From contig OY761556.1 of assembly GCA_963664705.1 (NCBI GenBank), positions 6,272,001 to 6,336,000 of the forward strand: a stretch of DNA of 64,000 nucleotides, written 5' to 3'. How positions within the stretch are numbered: position 1 is the first letter of the stretch; each line of letters starts with the position of its first letter. Made by a program: the position numbers and the translations under genes. This document shows positions 29,545 to 37,494 of the stretch, piece after piece. The stretch comes from Acidobacteriota bacterium (GTDB lineage: Bacteria; Acidobacteriota; UBA6911). Below the pieces are notes generated by a model. The model saw only the letters and a program-made list of their open reading frames with translations. It was not told the DNA's origin and ran no database searches.

Positions 29545-32312
29545 TGCCGGACAATTGGAAACAGATATCCGGACTCTATCATGCAGCGCTGGAACTGCCC
29601 GAGAGTGAGCGCGCCGCTTTTCTGGAGGCCTGTGGCGCAGATGCTGATGTGCGGCGGGAAGTGGCCTCGCTCCTGGCAAACGAGAGCAAGGCGGACGGCT
29701 TGCTGGAAATGCCGCCGCTGCAGGTGGCCGCTAAAATGATGGCGAAGGAAGGCCTTTCTCTTCTCAATTCTCCGGAATTTATTGGGACGACAATGATACC
29801 TCCGGCGCAAGTGGCTTCCGGGATGATGCTGGGACCCTACAAGATCGAAGAGCAGATTGGCCGGGGCGGCATGGGCGAGGTGTGGAAGGCCAGCGACACG
29901 CGATTGTGGCGCAGCGTCGCAATTAAGACAGCGCATGCGCAATTTTCGGATCGCTTCGAGCGGGAATCCCGCGCCATCGCGGCGCTGAATCATCCGCATA
30001 TTTGCGCCCTCTACGATGTCGGCCCCAATTTCCTGGTGATGGAGTTGCTCGAAGGCGAAACACTGGCCGCGCGGCTGAAGAAGGGTAAGCTGCCCATCGC
30101 CGAAACGCTGCAATACGGAGCGGAGATCGCCGGGGCCCTGGCGGAGGCGCATGAGAAAGGTGTCATCCATAGAGACCTGAAGCCGGGCAACGTCATGCTG
30201 ACGAAGAACGGTGCGAAGGTCCTGGACTTCGGACTGGCGAAATCAATTTCGGATGAACCTCTGCCCACTTCCAAGGCTGTGATGGGCACGCCGGCCTACA
30301 TGGCTCCGGAACAGCGCTATGGCAGGGATTGCGATGCGCGCACCGATCTTTTCGCGCTGGGTCTGCTGCTTTACGAGATGGCGACCGGCACGTGTGCCGC
30401 GCCGGGAGTAGCGCTGAAGCTGAAACCGCTGCCGGAGAGATTGGCGCACGTAATCGAGCGCTGCCTGGCAACCGAGCCGGATAAGCGTTGGCAGCTGGCT
30501 GCGGATGTGTCCGCCGAACTTGCGAGGGCAAGAGAAGATTTCACGCGCCTTAAGCCTGGATGGAGTCCCCTGTCCGGCATTCCGACCAGGTATGCGGTGG
30601 GAATTGCCGCAATATTTTTGGTGCTCATCACAAGCGGCGTGTTCTGGTGGAAACAGGCGCAGGCCAAGCCGCTTACCGATAAAGACGTGCTGGTGCTGTC
30701 CGATTTCACCAACAACACCGGAGACCCGGTGTTTAACGGAGCGCTCCGCCAGGCACTGGCCTTCGAGCTGGAACAATCGCCGTTCCTGAAGATCATGGAC
30801 GACCAGCAGGTGAGCCAGACACTCCAACTGATGGGCCGTCCCGCCGGTCAGCAGATCACCAACGATATCGCGCATGAGATCTGCATACGAGCAGGGGAGA
30901 AAGCCACCATTGGAGGGTCGATCACCGTCCTGACCAAAGCCTACCAGATTGAGCTGCAAGCCATTAACTGCCAGACCGGCGCAACGCTGGCCCGCGAGCA
31001 GGGGGAGGCGGTAGACAAGGATCACGTACTCAAAGCTCTGGGGCAGGCCGCCAGGGGGATGAGAGCGAAGCTCGGGGAGACTCTAGCCTCCATCCGGAAG
31101 ACCGACCGGTACCCGGGCAATGATGAAGTCACTACCGGGTCCCTGGATGCGCTCAAAGCGTTCCAGCCTGGACAGGATCTGATGCGCCAGGGGTTGTTCC
31201 TGGAGGCGATTCCTTACTTCCAGCGTGCAATCGAGTTGGACCCCAAATTCGCCTCTGCACACCTTTTCCTGGGCATCGTGTACTCTTCCACCAGCCAGGC
31301 AACCCGCGGCAGGGAATCGTTCACGAAGGCATTCGCCCTGGCCGACCGCGTCAGTGAGCGCGAACGCCTCGTGATCTCCGCGAATTACTACCGATTTGTG
31401 ACCGGCGATTTGAACAAGGCTATCGACGCCACCAAGATGCTTGTGCGCGCCTATCCACGCATGACCGGTTTTGGGCACAACACGTTGTTTGGTATCTACT
31501 CGGCCAGAGGCGAGTACGAGAATGCCCTCGAACACGCCCTTGAACAAGCCCGCCTGGAGCCTCGGACCTGGGCGTTCCAGCTTGCCCTTATGACCGCGTA
31601 TATAAGGCTCGACCGGTTCGACGAGGCGAAGACCGTGTGGGAGCGGTCTTCATGGAAGAAACCGGATGACCCTGCGTTACACCAATTGCTTTTGGCCATC
31701 GCCTACATGCAGGACGACCAGCGGGCGCAGGAGAAGGAGCTTCAATGGTTCGCGGGCCGGCCGGCGGAATCCCAGGGCCTCCGCCAGCAATTCGTCAATG
31801 CCCTGATGCACGGGCAGCGTCGCCAGGCGAAGGAAATTAATCAGCGTGCTTACGAGGTGGGATGGCGGCAAGGTATTACCAGGGCCCAGCCCCACAATGC
31901 GCTGGTGGATGCTCTGGCAGGCGACTGCGAAGCCGCGGGCAAAGAGAGGTCAGGCTCCGTTCTGTGCATGGATGCCTCGGCGTTGCTGATTGCTCAGGAA
32001 AAGGCGGCAAAGAATCCGCCTCCGAATCCATACACGGCTGAATTGCTCTATCAGCGGGGCTTGGTCGCCCTGGCAGCCGGCAAGGGAACCGCGGCGGCGG
32101 CCGAGTTCCAGAAGATCATTGATCATAAAGGCCGGAATTGGGGAGCGCTCTATTCCCCTGCCTATCTGAGCCTGGCCCGCGCCCAAGCCAAGGCGGGCGA
32201 CACCGCAAAGGCGAGGCAAGCTTATCAGAGCTTCCTTGCACTGTGGAAGGATGCCGACAAGGATCTCCCCTTTTACATCCAGGCCAACAAAGAATTGGCG
32301 GCATTGCACTAG
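29544..32312 (+). CDS. Membrane Ser/Thr protein kinase with TPR repeats
   Basis: GRGGMGEV, HRDLKPGN, DFG, GTPAYMAPE, TM, TPR; TAATG overlap with sigma gene. Confidence 0.93.
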   Translation: MPDNWKQISGLYHAALELPESERAAFLEACGADADVRREVASLLANESKADGLLEMPPLQVAAKMMAKEGLSLLNSPEFIGTTMIPPAQVASGMMLGPYKIEEQIGRGGMGEVWKASDTRLWRSVAIKTAHAQFSDRFERESRAIAALNHPHICALYDVGPNFLVMELLEGETLAARLKKGKLPIAETLQYGAEIAGALAEAHEKGVIHRDLKPGNVMLTKNGAKVLDFGLAKSISDEPLPTSKAVMGTPAYMAPEQRYGRDCDARTDLFALGLLLYEMATGTCAAPGVALKLKPLPERLAHVIERCLATEPDKRWQLAADVSAELARAREDFTRLKPGWSPLSGIPTRYAVGIAAIFLVLITSGVFWWKQAQAKPLTDKDVLVLSDFTNNTGDPVFNGALRQALAFELEQSPFLKIMDDQQVSQTLQLMGRPAGQQITNDIAHEICIRAGEKATIGGSITVLTKAYQIELQAINCQTGATLAREQGEAVDKDHVLKALGQAARGMRAKLGETLASIRKTDRYPGNDEVTTGSLDALKAFQPGQDLMRQGLFLEAIPYFQRAIELDPKFASAHLFLGIVYSSTSQATRGRESFTKAFALADRVSERERLVISANYYRFVTGDLNKAIDATKMLVRAYPRMTGFGHNTLFGIYSARGEYENALEHALEQARLEPRTWAFQLALMTAYIRLDRFDEAKTVWERSSWKKPDDPALHQLLLAIAYMQDDQRAQEKELQWFAGRPAESQGLRQQFVNALMHGQRRQAKEINQRAYEVGWRQGITRAQPHNALVDALAGDCEAAGKERSGSVLCMDASALLIAQEKAAKNPPPNPYTAELLYQRGLVALAAGKGTAAAAEFQKIIDHKGRNWGALYSPAYLSLARAQAKAGDTAKARQAYQSFLALWKDADKDLPFYIQANKELAALH

Positions 32313-32343
32313 TTCCTCACGGATTCGCATCCTCAGCGCTGAC

Positions 32344-32875
32344 AACAGCCCCTGACTTGACCGATTTAGTAACCATATCTTTCGGGAGATACAACAACCT
32401 GCCCCGCTATTCATGGGCATTTTAGAAATTAGGACCTTGATTTTCTCCTCACCCGATCAAATCAGCGGTAAGCAAAGCGCCGAAGGCGCGGAAGCAAGTA
32501 GCCAGGGGTTCGCTGCGCTCACCCCTGTCCATTTTCTATCGGGCCTCCGGCCCTTATGGATCGGGAACCGCGCATTGACGCAAACCGGGCACTTCCTCCA
32601 ATACAACCTGAACTTATTGAGCCAAGTTTTTTTCTAAGAATTGGATGACAGCGCCCTGGGCCTACCTGTTTGCCGCACGCAGAGCGCGATAGGAACCGCG
32701 AGCCCGCATGAACAGCCCCTGACTGACCGATTTAGTAACCATATCTTTCGGGAGATATAACAACCTGCCCCGCTATTCATGGGCATTTTAGAAATTAGGA
32801 CCTTGATTTTCTCCTCAACCGATCAAATCAGCGGTACGCAAAGCGCCGAAGGCGCGGAAGCAAGTAGCCAGGGGT
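32344..32875. repeat. ~165-bp direct repeat (32344-32509 and 32711-32875), each running into a REP palindrome
   Basis: Near-identical AACAGCCCCTGAC...GCAAGTAGCCAGGGGT with a few substitutions. Confidence 0.9.
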
Positions 32876-32938
32876 GAGCGAAGCGAACCCCTGGAATGAG
32901 ATCGGCAATGATGGAGCCCCGGCCAGGGGCGAAAGATG

Positions 32939-33048
32939 TATATCGAAAAATAGAAAAGCGTACAAACGGAGGGGAAATATTCCCGGAGGAATATAGGTAG
33001 TTTCTTAAAGAATAGGGGATGAAGCTAGATAAAAGGTATCTTGGGTAA
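32939..33048 (+). pseudogene. Decayed C-terminus of IS200/REP-associated tyrosine transposase (TnpA/RAYT)
   Basis: YIEK*K, frameshift, then FPEEYR*FLKE*GMKLDKRYLG*; resembles the YI.NQ..HH...F.EEY..FL...GI..D.RYL tail; lies between inverted REP arms. Confidence 0.55.
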
Positions 33049-33224
33049 GTGCTTTCTTTCGCCCCGCTGGGGCTCGTTCAATCTGCAATCGAGTTCCAGG
33101 GGTTCGCTGCGCTCACCCCTGGCTGATATGGAGTGATCGGTCAAGTACAATCAATCCGTTCCTTGTTCGTTCATTTTGGTTTTCTTCGGTTCATAAATAA
33201 ATCAGCCAGTAAAAAGAACAGGGG

Positions 33225-33400
33225 ATCGAGTTGGCAACAGCGACGATAATCAATCTGATATTCGCGGGTCGATAAGCACGCATGACAACTGATTCATCGG
33301 GAGCGGCCTCACTCTACTTCCGTGGATTCTGGTTTCCCATACCAACATAGCCAGGTCGAGGTTTCTCCTTTCGAAGCCTGGAACTCGATCTCCTGTTCCG
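33225..33400 (-). ncRNA. Bridge/seek RNA candidate downstream of the transposase (ends approximate)
   Basis: Segments matching left target (33348-33355), right target (33314-33321) and donor junction (33254-33261). Confidence 0.7.
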
Positions 33401-33470
33401 TTCACTAACCGAATGTTTCCGTTATTAATCCATTGAAGAACAAAATAGCTGCAAGAGCTGGTGCCTTATG

Positions 33471-34565
33471 TCATGCAACACGACCGATAGCCCAGATAAA
33501 TCCTGCCAATTCTCGACTTACCGCAACCGCGATCTTTTGTCTTTCTTTCCCTCGGTTGAGCATGCGTCGGAATTTTTGATTCAATCGCTTATCGCAACGT
33601 TGTGCAATCTCGATAACTTCTGCCGGCAAACACTCTCGTCGTTTCTTGAGAGTTTTGCCAGCTACTGAAGAATGACGGTAGTGCCAGGCGCTTTCGATCA
33701 GCACCCTACGTAGGTGGCTGTTTCCCGTTTTGGTTATCCTTCCCCGTCTTTCAAGTTCACCTGAGCTGCTTTCCGAAGGCACCACCCCAATAGCGGCCAT
33801 AAACGAAGGCGCATCAACGAACCGTCTTAAATCGAGCGCTTCTGCGATAATCGTCATCGCCGTCAGAACCTGAACGCCTTTTAGCGCCATCAAATAGCTG
33901 ACTCGCTTTTGATAGTTCGGCTGTTTTGCAACTTCCTCGATTTTTCCCTGGAATGTTTTCAACCGCTCCGTCTGTTGCTCAAGCGCCTGTCGATATTCCT
34001 CCAGTACTGTTTGATCCCCATCATCCTCAAACACAAGGCTCTTAATCCACTTTAGGTGCCCAAGCGACCAGTTCTTGCCCTGCGGATATTTCAATCCACG
34101 TCGCATCAGAAACCGTGCTAATCGATGCCGTGCTCGCTGCTGGTCTTCCAATGCGTCTTCTCGCGCACGCACCAGATCTCGCAGACTTTCCTGTTCTTTT
34201 TGCGGGATCACAATACATGTTAGTTCTCCCGCTCGGTACAATTTGCCCAAGGCTTTCGCATCCAGCTTATCCGTTTTTACTTTTTTCCCCGCTCGTCTCG
34301 GAGTCAACGAAGGGGCCGCAACCTCACAAGAAATCCCATGTTTGGCCAAATAGCGCTGCAAATAGTATCCATTAACGCCCGCTTCGTAGACGCACCGTAC
34401 ATCATCTTCAAATGCCCTTAGCTTTTTCGCTAACCGACCCAGCCCCGTACTGTCGTTTGATACAACAAGTTCTTCTCGAGGGTTACTTTCCTGCCCGCGA
34501 AAAATTGCGACGTTTATCTTTTTTGCTGAATCATCCATCCCTACCCAAGTGATACAATCTGCCAT
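33471..34565 (-). CDS. IS110-family DEDD transposase/recombinase
   Basis: WVGMD, YEAG, KTDKLDA, VPSESSSG, ITKTGNSHLRR, AVSREL; GAGGAG RBS before ATG 34565. Confidence 0.95.
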   Translation of the reverse strand: MADCITWVGMDDSAKKINVAIFRGQESNPREELVVSNDSTGLGRLAKKLRAFEDDVRCVYEAGVNGYYLQRYLAKHGISCEVAAPSLTPRRAGKKVKTDKLDAKALGKLYRAGELTCIVIPQKEQESLRDLVRAREDALEDQQRARHRLARFLMRRGLKYPQGKNWSLGHLKWIKSLVFEDDGDQTVLEEYRQALEQQTERLKTFQGKIEEVAKQPNYQKRVSYLMALKGVQVLTAMTIIAEALDLRRFVDAPSFMAAIGVVPSESSSGELERRGRITKTGNSHLRRVLIESAWHYRHSSVAGKTLKKRRECLPAEVIEIAQRCDKRLNQKFRRMLNRGKERQKIAVAVSRELAGFIWAIGRVA

Positions 34566-34702
34566 GATCGGTCTCCTCATGTTTTATGGCTCTGCAGCTT
34601 CGTCACCACGACTTCAGCTGTAACCCACGATATTACATGCTAGAGACCGATCACTCCATTATGTCTACTTTCTATCGGGCCTCCGGCCCTTACACATTTT
34701 TA

Positions 34703-34973
34703 TTTCATTGCGTGCCAGTTTTTTAATCGCATTCCCGCTTTAGTTCTTAGTCGGAAATTTATCGATCAAATGCCGCGGTGGTAAAGCTGCAGGCCCAACC
34801 GGACAGTATTCGTATGCTGGGCTTGTTTTCGCTGGTGTTTTATCGAAAGCAAAAGGCAAAGGAGAGAAAGTTATGTCCAAAAAGAGAAGACTCAATATTC
34901 GATCCCTGTTGGGAATGCTTCCCCTGTCCTTTATTGGGCTCGCGTTGCTTAATTGCGCACAACCGGTGAGCGC
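34703..34973 (+). repeat. Duplicated leader + RBS + signal-peptide cassette, copy 1
   Basis: Ungapped alignment with 37224-37494 (offset 2521). Confidence 0.9.
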
Positions 34974-36972
34974 GAAGGTGACAAAGATCTCTATTACGTC
35001 CACGGAGTCGCCGACCTTCAGTGGCACGAGTTTCGGCTCCGTCGGACAATATGAGCGCATCCAGGGTACCATTACCGGCGAAGTGGATCCCACGAATCCT
35101 CAGAATGCTGTGATCACGGACATTGCCAATGCTCCGCGAAATTCCCACGGTATGGTCGGTTATACGTCCGATTTCCAGATCATTCGTCCGGTTGATCTTG
35201 CCAAAGGCAACCACCGCGTACTGTTCGACCTTCCCAACCGCGGCGTGCCCTACGCTCTCAACCTCTTCAATAACGGATCAGGCAATTTTAAGGGCGCGGC
35301 GGGGAACCCGGGTAACGGCTTCCTTATGACCCAAGGGTACACCCTGGTCCAGGTAGCCTGGGACATTGCCGCTCCGCAAACAGCTAGCACTTTTGCCGTG
35401 AACTTTCCCATCGCCATGCACCCTGACGGCTCGGCCATTACGGGAATCGTGCTCGAGGAATTCGTAATCGACAAAAGCGGAACGCCTGCCTCCATGCCGC
35501 TGACCTACGCGGCCGCGACGGCCGACAAGTCCCAGGCGACCCTTACGGTACGAGAGAACTACGAGGACACTCCGATAGTGATTTCGCCGGGCGGCTGGGA
35601 TTACGCCAACGCGGCACTCACCTCGGTAAAGCTCACTTCCGGCGCCTTCGGCGGGTCCGGTTCCTTCGGGCCTACGGCGCTTTACGAATTCACTTACACC
35701 GCCAAAAACCCGGTCATTGCCGGGCTTGGTTTTGCCGTGTTGCGCGATTTCTCCAGTTTCCTGCGGAACGCACAGAATGACGATATCGGCACTGCCAATC
35801 CAGTTGCCGGAGATGTGCAGTCCATCTACACCTCCTGTTTTTCACAGCCCTGCCGCATGATGCATGATTTCGTGCTGCTCGGGTTCAATGAAGCCGAATA
35901 CCTCCACAATAAGAACGGCAAGGGCGGCGCCGGAAACCAGCACGAAAAGGTCTTCGATGGCGTCCTCAATTGGGTCGGTGGCGGCAATGGCATTTACATG
36001 AACTATCGTTTTGCGCTGACGGCCAAGACACACCGCCAGCATATCGGGCGCTGGTATCCCGAGTTTCAGTTCCCATGGGCCAACCACATCACCCATGATC
36101 CCATTACGCAGCAGACTGCCGGACGGCTCGTGGCCTGCAGCAGGACCCATACCTGTCCTGAGATCATTGAGCTTAACTCAGAGAATGAGTACTGGGCCAA
36201 GGGAGGCTCACTGCTGACCACTGACACGGAAGGCAACGATCTCCAGCTCAACAATACGCCAAACGTCCGCTACTATCTGATGTCGAGTTTGCCGCATGTT
36301 GCAGCGACCGCTGCCGGCATTTGCCAGCAGCCCCAGAATCCGCTAACCGCGGGACCGGTGCTGCGGGCCCTCCTCGTGGATATGGACGAGTGGGTCACCG
36401 GCGGAACACCGCCGCCCGACAACCGCGTGCCGCAGCGCGACGACGGGACGCTTGTGCCATCGCTGCCGCAGTCGGGCGTGGGCTTCCCAGGCATCCCTGG
36501 AGTCAACTACACCGGCATTCTTCACGCGGGCGATCTATTCGATTACGGACAGCAATTTGACGCGGGGATCCTCAGCCTGCTGCCGCCGGTCGATCGTGGC
36601 ACCCCCTATCCTGTTTTCGTTCCCAAGACGGATGATGATGGCAACAACATCGCCGGAATTCGCTTGCCTGAAGTCTCCGTCCCGCTGGCGACTTATACCG
36701 GCTGGGCTCTGCGCGCGTCTGCCTCTGGAAATCCTGTCCCCATCATTGATGGCTGCGACGCGTACGGTCAGAAGATCCCATTCCGGAAAACCATGACCGA
36801 CCGACTCGCCGCGGGAGATCCACGCCTGTCTCTTCAGGAACGTTATGCCGATCATGCAACCTATGTGAACCTGGTCACACAGGCCGCCCGGCAACTCCAG
36901 GCCCAGCGCCTTCTGCTGGATATGGACGTACAGGCATACATAGCCGCGGCCATGTCCGCTGCCGTACCATAA
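34873..36972 (+). CDS. Secreted alpha/beta-hydrolase-domain protein (Abhydrolase_10-like)
   Basis: VGQYE, GEVDP, PNRG, GLGFA.LRD, SENEYW, DDDGN..AGIRLP, DPRLSLQERY. Confidence 0.8.
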   Translation: MSKKRRLNIRSLLGMLPLSFIGLALLNCAQPVSAKVTKISITSTESPTFSGTSFGSVGQYERIQGTITGEVDPTNPQNAVITDIANAPRNSHGMVGYTSDFQIIRPVDLAKGNHRVLFDLPNRGVPYALNLFNNGSGNFKGAAGNPGNGFLMTQGYTLVQVAWDIAAPQTASTFAVNFPIAMHPDGSAITGIVLEEFVIDKSGTPASMPLTYAAATADKSQATLTVRENYEDTPIVISPGGWDYANAALTSVKLTSGAFGGSGSFGPTALYEFTYTAKNPVIAGLGFAVLRDFSSFLRNAQNDDIGTANPVAGDVQSIYTSCFSQPCRMMHDFVLLGFNEAEYLHNKNGKGGAGNQHEKVFDGVLNWVGGGNGIYMNYRFALTAKTHRQHIGRWYPEFQFPWANHITHDPITQQTAGRLVACSRTHTCPEIIELNSENEYWAKGGSLLTTDTEGNDLQLNNTPNVRYYLMSSLPHVAATAAGICQQPQNPLTAGPVLRALLVDMDEWVTGGTPPPDNRVPQRDDGTLVPSLPQSGVGFPGIPGVNYTGILHAGDLFDYGQQFDAGILSLLPPVDRGTPYPVFVPKTDDDGNNIAGIRLPEVSVPLATYTGWALRASASGNPVPIIDGCDAYGQKIPFRKTMTDRLAAGDPRLSLQERYADHATYVNLVTQAARQLQAQRLLLDMDVQAYIAAAMSAAVP

Positions 36973-36984
36973 GCGGGGATCCAT

Positions 36985-37019
36985 CAGGCTGGGCGGCCAA
37001 ACAATGGGCTGCCCGGCCT
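36985..37019 (+). terminator. GC-rich hairpin after the stop codon
   Basis: AGGCTGGGCGGCC-N8-GGCTGCCCGGCCT; no clear U-tract. Confidence 0.4.
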
Positions 37020-37223
37020 CTGCCGAGCCCTTGAGCGGCGCCGGCATAAAAAGGCAATTAGCAGTCGAAGGCGTAATGGTTTCCCGACGGCTGATCTGTT
37101 TCAAAAGCCCTGATTGAAAGTTCAGCATCTATCCGTCATCAACAAATCTCCAAACCCGCAATCACAATTTGTATTCCTTCTTTCAAGCATTCCGGATGAT
37201 GGAGCCGCCGAATGGCATTTTCC

Positions 37224-37494
37224 TTTCATTGTGTGCCATTTTTTTGATCGCCTTCCCGCATTAGTTCACAGTCGGAAATTGAAAGATCAAATACCGCAGC
37301 GGTGAAGCTGCAGGCCCAACCGGACGGTATTCGTGTGCTGGGCTCGTTTTCGCCGGTGTTTTATCAAAAGCTAAAGGCAAAGGAGAGTAAGTTATGTCCA
37401 AAAAGAGAAGGCTGAATATTCGATCCCTGTTGGGAATGCTGCCGCTGTCCTTTATTGGGCTCGCGTTGCTTAATTGCGCACAACCGTTGAGCGC
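37224..37494 (+). repeat. Duplicated leader + RBS + signal-peptide cassette, copy 2
   Basis: Encodes the same first 31 aa MSKKRRLNIRSLLGMLPLSFIGLALLNCAQP. Confidence 0.9.

Larger units (their letters stand above)
33125..34666 (-). mobile_element. IS110-family (IS1111-type) insertion sequence inserted in a REP
   Basis: 15-bp perfect subterminal IRs at 33128-33142 and 34645-34659; CT core at both ends (33123-24, 34665-66); removing the element restores the REP CACCCCTGGCTACTTTCTATCGGGCC. Confidence 0.92.

Noticed and set aside
28960-32312. ECF sigma-kinase pair as a novel system
   Set aside because: A well-known, highly expanded arrangement in Acidobacteriota and Planctomycetota
34703-34720. 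Sigma-54 promoter (TGGCAC on the minus strand, in both cassette copies)
   Set aside because: No correctly spaced TTGC -12 element, and it points away from the gene
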